Assembly: GCA_038087875.1 (NCBI GenBank)
Contig: JAXLNO010000655.1
Coordinates: 558,001-620,429 of the forward strand
Direction of reading: 5' to 3'
Length of the DNA: 62,429 bases
Source: Malacoraja senta
Lineage: Eukaryota
The notes beneath the pieces are model-generated. The model saw only the letters and a program-made list of their open reading frames with translations. It was not told where the DNA came from and made no database searches. Of this stretch, positions 12,232 to 23,859 are shown piece by piece; the stretch's first letter is position 1, and every line of letters starts with the position of its first letter. The translations under genes and the position numbers were made by a program.

Positions 12232-12590
12232 CCCTCCGCTCCCACCCTCATTATATGGATCAAACTAATAAATTGATGTCTCCTTTTCTTTACTATGTTT
12301 ACTTCAAATACTTGTGTCTATCTGTGATTCCACACCGCTGCTTGGAAGTATGCCGTGCCTGCGCACTGAGCGGGTTCTTCACGTAATCCCTCATCGTAAC
12401 TCCTCATAAAATACAGATCAAACTTCAAACTGGTAAGTTCTCGTTTAATCTTACTATTTTACATGCCGAATGTTTTATTCTTGTACAATTGCTTCTAATA
12501 AAAACAATTAAAACAAATTAAAAAATTTAAAAAAGGAAAAAAATCAATACTTTTTTTTACTCATAGTTTTAGTCGCAGTAGGTCGTAGTA

Positions 12591-13277
12591 ATAACAATAA
12601 TAATAATACATTTTATTTGTGGTCGCCTATACAAAAGTCTCAAGGACACCTTACAGAATTTAACAAAGCACATATAATCGGAGTAAAATAAGTTATAAAG
12701 ACATCACCAATACACAAATTAAAGACAGAATTGGATCCAAAGACAAAAAATAAATCGGAAACACAATGTGAAGAGAGAGCAGCGGCAGCTAAACCGCGCC
12801 AGCGTCCACTCTCCCTTCCGACCGCCATCTTGGACACAAACTAACATGGACACTACACACAAAAACAATCATCCCCCCACAATGGGCAACACTGTGGGGG
12901 AAGGCACAATGTCCAGTCCCCATCCCAGTTCATCCAAAGTCAGGCCTATTGAGGCCTCCGCTATAGCCTCTACGAAGGCCCGGTGTTCCTGGCCGTTCTC
13001 ACCGGGTGATGTTGCCCCGACGTCGGGAGAGTCCACAAATGGCACTCCATGCCCGCTGGTAGGCCACGAGGCCGGGTCGACGGGGCAGCCCGGAGAAAAA
13101 GCTGCCTCACCGACCAGGTAGGGACCTAGAAATGAGGTTACCCCCTTCACCCTACATTAAAAAGTCGGATTACTCCCACAGGACAAACGCAGGACTCACT
13201 AAAACTATTTTAAAAAAGTGAATTAAACGGACGGCTGCTGATTAGCAGCCGTCCCCCCAAGATGGCTCCTCCTCCTA
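12591..13277 (-). mobile_element. Non-coding GC-rich retroposon with L2-type 3' tail
   Basis: Minus-strand end TGTAAGGTGTCCTTGAG..AGGCG..AAATAAAATG(TAT)n; 17-bp TSD CG(C/T)AGTAGGTCGTAGTA at 12574-12590 and 13278-13294. Confidence 0.7.
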
Positions 13278-13847
13278 CGTAGTAGGTCGTAGTAGGTCGG
13301 CATGTTAGTCGTAGGTGATCGAGGGTAGTCTTCATCATAGTCGAAGGGAGGTCGAAGGAGGTCGTCTTCACTCTCCACTATTCGGTGTCCAATTTTCCCG
13401 AAGCTAGTCATAGCTAGTTGAAGCTGGTCTTCAACATCGTCGAAGGAGGTCGAAGGATGTCTTCAACATGTCATTTTTTCAAACTCTTCTAAACTCGCCA
13501 ATTAGGTCACCCAAGTGGGGCAGCCCCTTTAAGCTTAATGTCTCCTACACTAGTCACCTCTGCATGTACGTGATCCATATCCTTCCATTCCATATCCATG
13601 TGCCTATCTAAAAAGCCTTTTAAATGCCACTATCCTACCTGCCTCCACCATCACCCCTGGCAGTACGTTCCAATCATCCATCACCCGCTGTGTAAAATAC
13701 TTGCTCCGCACTCCTCCTCTGGTCGGTGCCCCTCTCACCTTGAAGCTATTTCCTCTAGTCTTTAACACTTCCACCCTTGGGAGGAAAATGGTTCCGACTG
13801 TCTCCCCAATCAAGGCCACCACCATGCCCCATCTCCAACTTGGGCTG

Positions 13848-14168
13848 TTTAGTCTTCAGACTTTTAGACTTTTAGAGACACAGCATAGAAACAGGCCCTT
13901 CGGCCCAGCAAGTCTGTGCCGACCAGCGATCACCCCGTACACTAGCACCACCTTACACACACTAGGGGCAATTTACAATTTTATCAAAGCCAATTAGCTT
14001 ACAAACCTGTACGTCTTTGGAGTGCGGGAGGGAAACCGGATCACCTGGAAAAAACCCACATGGTCACAGGGAGAACATACAAACTCTGTACAGACGGAAC
14101 CCGTAATCAGGATCGGACCGGGGTCTCGCGCTGTAAGGAAGCAACTCTACCGCAGCGCCACCGTGCCC
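13848..14168 (-). mobile_element. HE1-like V-SINE
   Basis: Colinear with the SINE at 1609-1919, reverse strand. Confidence 0.85.
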
Positions 14169-14975
14169 AGTTATAGGTCAGAGATTTTGATGCTGAGGGC
14201 TGATACTTTTTTCAAGGAGGTTTAGCGAGCATCCTTGAATTAAAGAATTAAGTTGGAGTTTAAACTCCCCTGCTCTGCTCTAAACTCCCTAATTGCTCAT
14301 CCAGTCTGCGTAAGAATGGCTTGAAGGACATTAGTGAACCACATAGGCTTTTACTGCAATTTACCAGTCGTACAGTCATCGTTACTAATGACTAGCGTTT
14401 TCTCCAAAAATATACAGATCAATAACTGATTTAAATTCCTGGTATTTTATCATTATTTTCACGTGTACCAAGACACAGTGAAAAATGTTTATGTGCTCTC
14501 CAGTCAAGTCATGCCATATATGAGTACTATCAAGCCTTACTCAAGTACAACGGGTGCTTGCCAAAGAGAAATCATACCAGCGTGCAGAATATAGTGGTAC
14601 AGCATTGTAGCATTACAGTCAGAGAGAAAGTGCAGTTTAAAAAAAGTGCTGGGCCACAATGAGGTAGGTTGGGTGATCGGGGCTACAACCATCAGTTTCA
14701 ATTTCAGTTTAGTTTATTGTCACGTGTACCGAGGTATGGTGAAAAGCTTTTGTTGCGTGCGATCCAGTCAGCGGAAAGACGATACATGGTTACAATCGAG
14801 CCATTTACAGTGTATAGATACATGATAAGGGAATAATGTTTAGTGAAAGGTAAAGAAGGCAAAGTCCAATCAAGGATCGTCCAATGGTCACCACTGAGGT
14901 AGACAGTAGTTCAGGGCTGCTCTCTGGTTGTGGTAGGAGGATTCAGGTGCCTGATAGCAGCTGGGAAGAAACTGT

Positions 14976-16332
14976 GTTAAAGAAGGAACTGCAGATGCTG
15001 GAGAATCGAAGGTACACAAAAATGCTGGAGAAACTCAGCGGGTGCATCAGCATCTATGGAGCGAAGGAGATAGGCAACGTTTCGGGCCGAAACCCTTCTT
15101 CAGACTGATAGGGGGTGGGGGGAGGCGGGGAGAAGAAAGGAAAGAGTAGGAGGAGGAGCCCGAGGCTGAGGGAGAGGTAGGAAGGGGAGGAGACAGCAAG
15201 GGTTAACGGAATTGTGAGAATTCAATGTTCATGCCACCAGGATGCAGACTACCCAAGCGGAATATGAGGTGCTGTTCCTCCAATTTCCGGTGTTGCTCAC
15301 TCTGGCCGTGGAGGAGGCCCAGGACAGAGAGGTCGGATATGGAATGGGAGGGGGAGTTGAAGTGCTGAGCCACCGGGAGGTCAGGTTGGTTAGTGCGGAC
15401 CGAGCGGAGGTGTTCGGCGAAGCGATCGTCAAGCCTACGCTTGGTCTCACCGATGTAGAGCAGCTGACATCTAGAGCAGCGAATGCAATAGATGAGGTTG
15501 GAGGAGGTGCAGGTGAACCTCTGTCACACCTGGAACGACTGCTTGGGTCCTTGAATGGAGGCGAGGGGGGAGGTAAAGCGACAAGTGTAGCATCTCTTGC
15601 GGTTGCAAGGGAAAGTGCCCGGGGAAGGGGTGGAGCGGGAGGGAAGGGAAGAATTGACAAGGGAGTTACGGAGGGAGCGGTCTTTGTGGAAGGCAGACAG
15701 GGGGGAGATGGGAAGATGTGGCGAGTGGTGGGGTCACGTTGGAGGTGGCAAAACTGACAGAGGACTATCTGTTGTATGTGCCGGCTAGTGGGGTGAAAGG
15801 TGAGGACCAGGGGGACTCTGCCCTTGTTACGAGTGGGGGGATGGGGGGAGAGAGCAGTGTTGTGGGGTATGAAGGAGACCCTGGTGCGAGCCTCATCTAT
15901 AGTGGGGGAGGGGAACCCCCGTTCCCTGAAGAATGAGGACATTTGCGATGCCCTGGTGTGGAACACCTCATCCAGGGTGCAGATGCGGCGTAGACGGAGG
16001 AATTGGGAATAGGGGATGGAGTCCTTACAGGAAGCAGGGTGGGAGGACGAGTAGTCAAGATAGCCGTGGGAGTCAGTAGGTTTATAGTGGATGTCGGTCA
16101 GAAGTCTATCACCTGCGATGGAGATAGTGAGGTCAAGGAGTGGTAGGAAAGTGTTGGAAATGGTCCAGGTGTATTTGAGTGCCGGATGGAAGTTGGTGGT
16201 GAAGCGGATGAAGTCAGTCAGTTGTGTGTGGGTGCAGGAGGTGGCACCAAAGCAGTCGTCGATGTTGCAGGAGGTGACACCAAAGCAGTCGTCGATGTTG
16301 CAGGAGGTGGCACCAAAGCAGTCGTCGATGTA
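14976..16332 (-). mobile_element. Penelope-like element (Neptune-type), 5'-truncated
   Basis: RT YIDD region, Cys-rich linker FPCNRKRCYTC, GIY-YIG LIYCIRCSRCQLLYIGETKRRLDDRFAEH; 3' end with hammerhead-like core; TSD AGAAACTGT at 14967-14975 and 16345-16353 within a Rex fragment. Confidence 0.9.
15075..15105 (-). ncRNA. Minimal hammerhead-ribozyme-like motif in PLE 3' end
   Basis: CTGAAGA-A-GGGT TTCG GCCC-GAAAC-GTT; palindromic AACGTT stem III; stem I only ~2 bp. Confidence 0.55.
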
Positions 16333-16471
16333 ACTGTCGACTGCAGAAACTGTCCCTTAATCTGGAGGGACTTAGCTTATGGGAGGACCATTCAGTAGTC
16401 TGATAACATCAGGGATGAAACTGATCCTGAATCTGATGGTACATGCATTTCAGCTGATCTATCTCCTGTAT

Positions 16472-16880
16472 GAAGATAGACAAAAATGCTGGAGAAACTC
16501 AGTGGGTAAGGAGCGAAGGAATAGGTGACGTTTCGGGTCGAGACCCTTCTTCAGACTGATGTGGAGGTGGGGGGGGGGGGCGGGAAGAAGAAAGGAAGAG
16601 GCGGAGACATTAGGCTGTGGGAGAGCTGGGAAGGGGAGGGGAAGGAGGGAGAAAGCAAGGACTACCTGAAATTGGAGAAGTCAATGTTCATACCGCTGGG
16701 GTGTAAACTGCCCAAGCAAAATATGAGGTGCTGCTCCTCCCATTTACGGTGGGACTCACTCTGGCCATGGAGGAGGCCCAGGACAGAAAGGTTGGATTCG
16801 GAATGGGAGGGGGAGTGATGTGCTGAGCCACGGGGAGATCAGGTTGGTTAGTGCGAACCGAGCGGAGGTGTTTGGCGAAG
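16472..16880 (-). mobile_element. Second PLE 3' fragment (GIY-YIG end, 3'UTR, hammerhead-like core)
   Basis: Homologous to 14990-15422. Confidence 0.85.
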
Positions 16881-17325
16881 TGAGATTAGAGAAATGGAAA
16901 TGACCGGGGTGTCCATGGCCCTTGAATTCCAACTCTGCTATGTTGGGATTAGAAAATCCTCTGGATTGTTAGTCCAATCATTTAGCTATTCACAGCTGCC
17001 AGGGAAGGTGGTGGAAGTAAATACAACCGTGATATATTTTAGATAGGCACATGAATAGTCAAGTGATGGCGGGATATGGATCACACGCAGGCAGAGACGA
17101 TTAGTTTATCATGGCACAGGCAATGTTCGGCACAGACATTGTGAGCTGAAGGGCCTGTTCCGATGCTGTACTGTTCTGTATTCCATTGATCTGAGACTGG
17201 TACACATTGAATGATTGGGTTTCCACCTCCAGTAGAAGATCAGTGACCCTCGAAGTGAGTTATTTTTTGGTTGCCCTTGTCCTAGATGGCTGATCTGTTT
17301 CAGGGAACGCTCAGAGAAGGAATCT

Positions 17326-17975
17326 GGGGCGGCATGGTGGTGCAGCGGTAAAGTTGCTGCCTTACAGCAACTACAGGTGATGCCTGTACAGAGTTTGTAC
17401 ATTTTCCCCGTGACTGTGTGTGTTTTATCGCTGGGTGCTCTGGTTTCCTCCCACGTTCCAAAGACCTACAGGTTTGTAGGTTAATTGGCTTCTGTAAATC
17501 GACCCGAGTATAGTCATAGTCATACAGTGTGGAAACAGGCCCTTTGGCCCAACTTGCCCTCAACAACCAACATGTCCCAGCTCTACTAGTCCCACCTGCC
17601 TGCGTTTGGCCCATAACCCTCTTATTATGTCCCATTCAAGTACCTGTCCAAATGTTTCTTGAAAGTTGCGATAGTCCCTGCCTCAACCACCACCTCTGGC
17701 AGCTCGTTCCATACACCCACCACCCTCTGTGTGAAAAAATACCCCCTCAGGTCCCTATTAAATCTTTCCCCTCCCACCTTAAACCTATGCCCCCTGGTTC
17801 TCGATTCGCCTACTCTGGGCAAGAGACTAATGCGTCTACCCGATCTATTCCTCTCATGATTCTGTACATGATTATGTAAAACAGAACTAGTGCACGGGTG
17901 ATTGCTGATCGGTGCGGACTCGTTGGGCCGAAGGGCCTGTTTCCACACGGCATGTCTAAACCTAAAACTGAAACT
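17326..17975 (+). mobile_element. HE1-like V-SINE interrupted by antisense CR1 3' fragment (~17510-17872)
   Basis: SINE head and V-domain, then CR1 RTRGHRFKV..FFTQRVVGVWNELP on the minus strand, then SINE tail. Confidence 0.75.
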
Positions 17976-19341
17976 AATTTCCTACGCAGTTCTCCAGTTC
18001 AGTTCAGTTCTGGTAGGTCTGTTGTCACGTGTACCGAAGTACAGTGAAAAGCTTTTGTTGCGTGCTAACCAGTCAGCAGAAAGACAATGCATGATCCCAA
18101 TCGAGCCATTTACAGTGTATACATTGAGGGAATAATGTTTAGTGCAAGGTGAAGCCGATCAAAGATCCATTTCAACCACCAGCTTTTCTACATTTTCAAA
18201 AGGCCACGTCTCCGTCTATGTTACCTCCACGGATTCGAACCACTGCAAAAACAGATGGTTTTGCCTGTCTGTCTCCACCACCCTCAAGGCTGAACAGCTA
18301 CAACCTGGCAGCACTGAAGGAGTTAAACGCAGCTTGCACACAGTTACGCTAACAATCTCCATCCCTGGTGCCGAGGCGCTTCAGGACTGAGGCTGTAATG
18401 CTGCACATTTTTATTGCGACAGATTGATTCTGAATGCACAGCCGTCAATAAAACACTAGGAGCTGCCACTAATTATGTTGCCCAAGCGGTCCGATTTAGA
18501 CAGTGCACAGCCACCACCTCAACGGAGGGGAGGTTGGAGCTGAATAACTGAGGCTGCCAGTCGAAGAGGAAAGTTGGAAAGCCAACGTAAGCTCATCTAA
18601 TAAGCCACGCTGAAGGTGGGCGGCCAAGAAAGTGAAAGAAATAGGAAGAAATAAGGGAGAAATGTTAGAAATATTAGGGTGGGCACAGTGGCGCAGCTGT
18701 AGAGCACCCAGGGGGAAACCCACGCGGTCACACAGGGGCAACGTGCAAACTCCACACAGACAGAACCCGGGGTCAGGATTGATCTCTGCTCTGTGAGGCA
18801 GCGGTTCTACCAGCTGCGCTGCTGCGCGACCCCACTGCAGTTCTCTTGAACCACTGCGGTGCCTCTGCAGCAATGAGTTGCACATGGGTTGGGGACGTCA
18901 TAGAGCCATACAGCACAGAAACAGGCCATTCGGCCCAACTTCTCCTGATATCCAAACTAGTCCCATTTGCTTGCATTTGCCCCATATCCCTCTAAACCTT
19001 CTCTACCCATGTACCCATCCAAGTATCTTTTTTTTATCAAAGACCACCCCCAAATGGCAGATTCCAAAAGAAATGAATTTGAATTTTATGCGTCTCGAAT
19101 GCTACTCACAAAATCTGAACGTTTTTACAGTAGTTCCTGTCTGAACTCTATTGCATAATTCTCTAATCCAGAGAAAAGATTAATTCTGCAAATGCCACAG
19201 TGTGTCCATTAGCACCACTGCAGATAGGGAGTAGAACTCTGGACCATTCCGAATCTTGGCAGTGCACTTCATCCTGAATGCATCAAGATAAACATCCCAA
19301 GAACACAGTGGAAACAAAATGCAGCTGAAATGTATCTGTGG

Positions 19342-19608
19342 TTTAGTTTAGAGATACAACGCGGAAACATGCCCTTCGGCCCACCGAGTCTGCGCCGACC
19401 AGCGACCATCCCGTACACCAACGCTATCCTACACACACTAGGGACAATTTACAATTATACCAAGCCAATTAGATTACAAACCTACACGTCTTTGGATTGT
19501 GGGAGGAAACCGGAGATCCCAGAGAAATCCTATGCAGGTCATGGGCAGAACATACAACTTCCGTACGTCAGGATCGAACCCGGGTCCCTAGCGCTGTAAG
19601 GAAACTCT
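19342..19608 (-). mobile_element. HE1-like V-SINE
   Basis: Same family, reverse strand. Confidence 0.8.
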
Positions 19609-20270
19609 ATTATACAGAAACATGATAAAGGCGATAATGTTTAGTGCAAGATAAAGTCCAGTAAAGTCCGATTAAAGATAGTCTATGGGTCTTCAATGGG
19701 GTACATGGTAACTCAGGACTGCTCTCCAGTTGTTGGTAGGATGGCTCAGTTGCCTGCAAACAGCTGGGAAGAAACTGTCTCCGAATCTGGAGGTGTGCGT
19801 TTTCACACTTCACACCTCTTGCCTGATGGGAGAGGGCAGAAGAGGACAAATGTCATTAAAATGGTGGTGGGGTGACACTCGTTTTGTCTTTCAAAACCTT
19901 CCGAATATCCTAACACTGATCCTATTAATAAGAAGACCGCAATCTGCTCCTTCAAGTTGATGTAAAGTTGGAAGACTAAGAGACCGCCCGGGTGTGTGTG
20001 TGTGATCAATAGTTATCTCTCCACAGCACTGCGTCAGATTAACCAGTCATTATTACTCTGTTGCCTGCAGGAGATGCATCATGGGCCAAGAGTCAAGATT
20101 CGACATGATTCATTGTCGCATGTATTGGTGACAGAACAATGATATTCCAAATATATCTCGGTTTTAAAGGCCCATAAATGCAACAGCACTGAAATAAATA
20201 TACACTAATCAATAAACGAATCATTGGTAATACTAGGTAACCAGGCATTTATGTCAGTCAGCTGCCATAA

Positions 20271-20574
20271 AGATTCAAACAAGGGGACATGACTTGAGAA
20301 TTAAGGGACAGAAGTTTAGGGGGTAACATGAGGGGGAACTTCTTTACTCAGAGAGTGGTGGCTGTGTGGAATGAGCTTCCAGTGAAGGTGGTGGAGGCAG
20401 GTTCGTTTTTATAATATAAAAATAAATTGGATAGTTATATGGACGGGAAAGGAATGGAGGGTTATGGTCTGAGCGCAGGTATATGGGACTAGGGGAGAAT
20501 ACGTGTTCGGCACGGACTAGAAGGGTCGAGATGGCCTGTTTCCGTGCTGTAATTGTTATATGGTTATATGGTTC
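20271..20574 (+). mobile_element. CR1 3' fragment with (GGTTATAT)n tail
   Basis: RGHDLRIKG..FFTQRVVAVWNELP; absent from the paralogous empty site at ~22480. Confidence 0.85.
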
Positions 20575-21098
20575 TAATAAACTGCTGTTGCTGCTTCAAT
20601 AGTCCTGGGATTGGGACAAATAGTTAGGAATTTAGGAATAAAAACACAGAAAATCCTAAAAATTCTTGCGGATTCACCACTATTTGGTTGAAGAGATATC
20701 TTCTCTGTTCTGAATGCCCATTGGGACCATCACACCAATTCCCACTCGTCTCTCATTCTAGGCTCCCCAGATAAGGGAAACATTAGTTTAATATCTCCCT
20801 TGTCAAGCCCCATAAAATAAATTTACATTTTAATGACATTTGTTCTCATTCTTCTAAACTCATTGAAGATGCATGATAGAGTGGGACTGTGTGGAAACTC
20901 TGTATAAAAGCACTCTATAGACAGAACGGAAGGAAAACAGCCAACATAATCAAGAACATTTACAATCTCGTCATTCCCTCTTCTCCACTTTTCTGTCGGG
21001 CAAAAGATACAAAAGTTTGAAAGAATGTAACCGTCAAATTCAGGGCCGGCTTCTTCCCCACTGTTATCAGACTACTGAATGATCCTCCCATATGCTAA

Positions 21099-21405
21099 AG
21101 GGCCTGTCCCACTATACGAGTTTACCCAAGAGCTCTCCCGAGTTTAAAAAAAAATCAAACTCCTGGTAAGTACGTAGAATGTACGTAGCGGGTACGTCGG
21201 AGTTCGGGACGTCTCTTAGCGGCTCGTAACGCTAACGGCAGGTACTCGGGAAACGCGGTAAGCTCGTGAAGTTGTTTCAACATGTTGAAAAATGTCCACG
21301 AGAGCCCCGAGTACCTACGAGCGGCTATTACTGTAAATCTCCGAGTTCGAATCAGGGGAAACTCGGGAGAACTCTTGAATTACCTCGTACAGTGGGACAG
21401 GCCCT
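21099..21405. mobile_element. Harbinger-type MITE, subfamily B (307 bp)
   Basis: Perfect TIR AGGGCCTGTCCCACT/AGTGGGACAGGCCCT, perfect TAA TSD, inserted in a Rex 3' fragment. Confidence 0.9.
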
Positions 21406-21584
21406 TAAGGGTATAGTCCCTATCTTCCAACCTACTTCATTGCTGCCCTTGCACTTTAAAGAAAAATTGCACTTTCTCTGTAAGTAACACCATAACGCTG
21501 TAGAAGCAAAGAACTACAGATGCTGGTTTACAAAAAGAAACAATGCGCTGGAGTAATTCAGTGGCTCAGGCAGCATCCCTGGAA

Positions 21585-21862
21585 TTTAGTTTTGATTTAG
21601 TTTGGAGATACAGCATGGAAACTGGCCCTTCAGCCCACTGAGTCCACGCCGACTAGCGATCCCCGCACACTATCACTATCCGACACACACTAGGGACAAT
21701 ATACAATTTTACCAAAGCCAATTAGCCTACAAACCTGTTCGTCTTTGGAGTGTGGGAGGAAACCGGAGCACTCGAGGAAAGCCCGCCCACCTATAGTCAA
21801 GATGGAACCCGGGGTCTCTAGCGCTGTAAGGCAGCAACTCTACCGCTGTGCCACCATGCCGC
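21585..21862 (-). mobile_element. HE1-like V-SINE
   Basis: Same family, internal deletion. Confidence 0.8.
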
Positions 21863-22225
21863 CCATCTATGGGAGAACATGCTAGTTGATGCTTACCTAT
21901 TAAATGTTTTCCATGTTGCTGGCTGACCCACAGAGTAATCCAGCACTGTCTTTTTTTACTATAATGCTGTACCACTATAATCTGCACTGATAATTTTCTC
22001 TTTGTTGTACCTGTGTAACGGCTTGTTTGTACTCATGATTGACACAGTCAAAGCTTTTCACTCTATCACAATACATGTGTCAATAATAAACGAACACCCC
22101 CCAGTATTATAGCTAACAGCAAAGGTAGATAGTGTTGGAGGAGGCATATTGTGTACTTGCTTTGATTAGCGGTGGATTTAGAATGTAAGAGCAGGGAGCT
22201 GATGGCACAACTTTATCAAACTTTG

Positions 22226-22349
22226 TAATAAACTGCAGATGGTGGTTTATACCAAAGATAGACATGAAATGCTGGAGTAACTCAGTGGGTCAGGCGGCAT
22301 CTCTGAAGAAAATGGATAGGTGACGTTTCGGGTCAGGACTCTTCTTCAG
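22226..22349 (-). mobile_element. Short PLE 3'-end insertion with hammerhead-like core
   Basis: TSD ACTTTAT(C/A)AAACTTTG at 22210-22225 and 22350-22365; begins at CTGAAGAAG. Confidence 0.75.
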
Positions 22350-23859
22350 ACTTTATAAAACTTTGGTTAGACCACAGTTAAAGACCCATAAATGCAACAA
22401 CACTGAAATAAATATACACTAATCAATAAACGAATCATCGGTAATACTAGGTAACCAGGCATTTATGTCAGTCAGCTGCCATAATAAACTGCTGTTGCTG
22501 CTTCAATGGTCCTGGGATTGGGACAAATAGTTAGGAATTTAGGAATAAAAACACAGAAAATCCTAAAAATTCCTGCGGATTCACCACTATTTGGTTGAAG
22601 AGATATCTTCTCTGTTCTGAATGCCCATTGGGACCATCACACCAATTCCCACTCTTCTCTTATTCTAGACTCCCCAGATAGGGAAACATTAGTTTAATAT
22701 CTCCCTTGTCAAGCCCCATAAAATAACAGCTTGAAGTACTGTGTTCAGTTCTGGTCCACACGCCTTTGGAAGGATGCGGAGAGGGTGCAGAGGATATTCC
22801 GAAGAAGGATCGCGACCCAAAACGTCACTCATCCTTTTTCTCCAGAGATGTTGCCTGGCCGGTTGAGTTACTCCATCCACTCGGTCAGCTGGAGCAGTTC
22901 CTGATCCAGGTATAGTCTACTCTGCCATGGCTGAACGACTTTTCTCTCCCAACACCATTCTCATGGCTCCTTGGTGTCTATTTTCACCAGGAGTTTGCCA
23001 TGGTTGGAACATTTCAGTTCGGAGGAAAGACTGGGCGGGGGGTTTCTTTGGAGAACAGGATATGAGGAAGAACCTTGAGTTGTGAGAAGCATGGATAGGG
23101 CAGACAGTGGAAAAGCTATCCCCATAACAGCAACATCTAAAAGAAAAGAAAACTTGAGACCATAAGACATAGGTGTAGCCCATTCAGCACATGGTTCAAT
23201 GTGTTTTATTTGTCACTTGTGCAACTCCACAATTAAATTATTTTTGTATATTTACACATGCAGTAGCCGCCATGTTTAGGCGCAAATATCCACGTCCAAA
23301 TTCTTGTCCGCCCGCGCGTTCTGTCTACTGGAGCAGTTCCCGATCCAGGTATAGTCTCCTCTGCCATTCAATCATGGCTGATCTACTTTTCCCTCAGAGC
23401 ATAGGGTTAAGCTGAGGGGTGAGAAGATTGGAGAGTGGTTAAGATGAAGATTCTTTCCCAGAGGGTAGTTGCAATCTGGAATGTTTTGCCTGAGAAGGTG
23501 GTGGAGTCAGATATAAAAAAACAACATTGCAGAACCGTTTGGACAAACACTGGAATCCCAAAGCCCGGAAGGCTACGGACCAAGTGCTGGTAAATGCGAT
23601 TACTACTGATGGGTCAGCACAGACGTGGTGGGCCGAAGGGCCTGCTTCTGCGAGGTATTATTCTACGACTTGTTTACTGACCATACTCGGCTCCCTGGGG
23701 TTGAGAACAACCATTCACATCCTCCTGCGTGAGTAAGCTCCTCCTTATCCCAATTTTAATAGCAATCTCCTATTCTGTGCAAACATCAAAAGGCTGTAGG
23801 AACTCAGCAGGTCAGGCAGTATCTGTGAAAGGAATGGACAGGCAACATTGCCTGGGTAA

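Larger units (their letters stand above)
8047..12460 (+). mobile_element. DIRS1-like tyrosine-recombinase retrotransposon, both termini present, coding regions degenerate
   Basis: Left end 8047-8110; right ITR ~12349-12385 inverted to it; ICR 12120-12231 is the reverse complement of 8047-8081 joined to that of 12380-12459; no TSD, T-run at both junctions; gag, RT, RNaseH, MT and YR remnants. Confidence 0.95.
3842..12534 (+). mobile_element. 5'-truncated L1-clade LINE (pieces 3842-4936, 8012-8046, 12461-12534)
   Basis: Frameshifted ORF2 C-terminus (CSLNARHSLIQFKILHRLYY..CDKC..H....C), T-rich 3'UTR, AATAAA and A-rich tail at 12497-12534; TSD GGAAAAAA(A)TC(G/A)ATAC at 3827-3841 and 12535-12550. 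Confidence 0.85.
3614..13528. mobile_element. Harbinger-type MITE subfamily A, split by nested insertions (pieces 3614-3841, 12535-12590, 13278-13528)
   Basis: The three pieces concatenate to a colinear copy of 68-620 with both TIRs; flanks TGA/TTA. Confidence 0.85.

Noticed and set aside
13190..13277. HDV-like ribozyme at a retroposon 5' end
   Set aside because: A strong hairpin is present but I could not build the P1/P2/P3/P1.1 pseudoknot by eye; the same applies at 56160.
21096..21408. piggyBac or Kolobok assignment for the MITEs
   Set aside because: The cleanest copy has a 3-bp TAA duplication outside AGGG..CCCT termini, not TTAA on both sides, which favours PIF/Harbinger.
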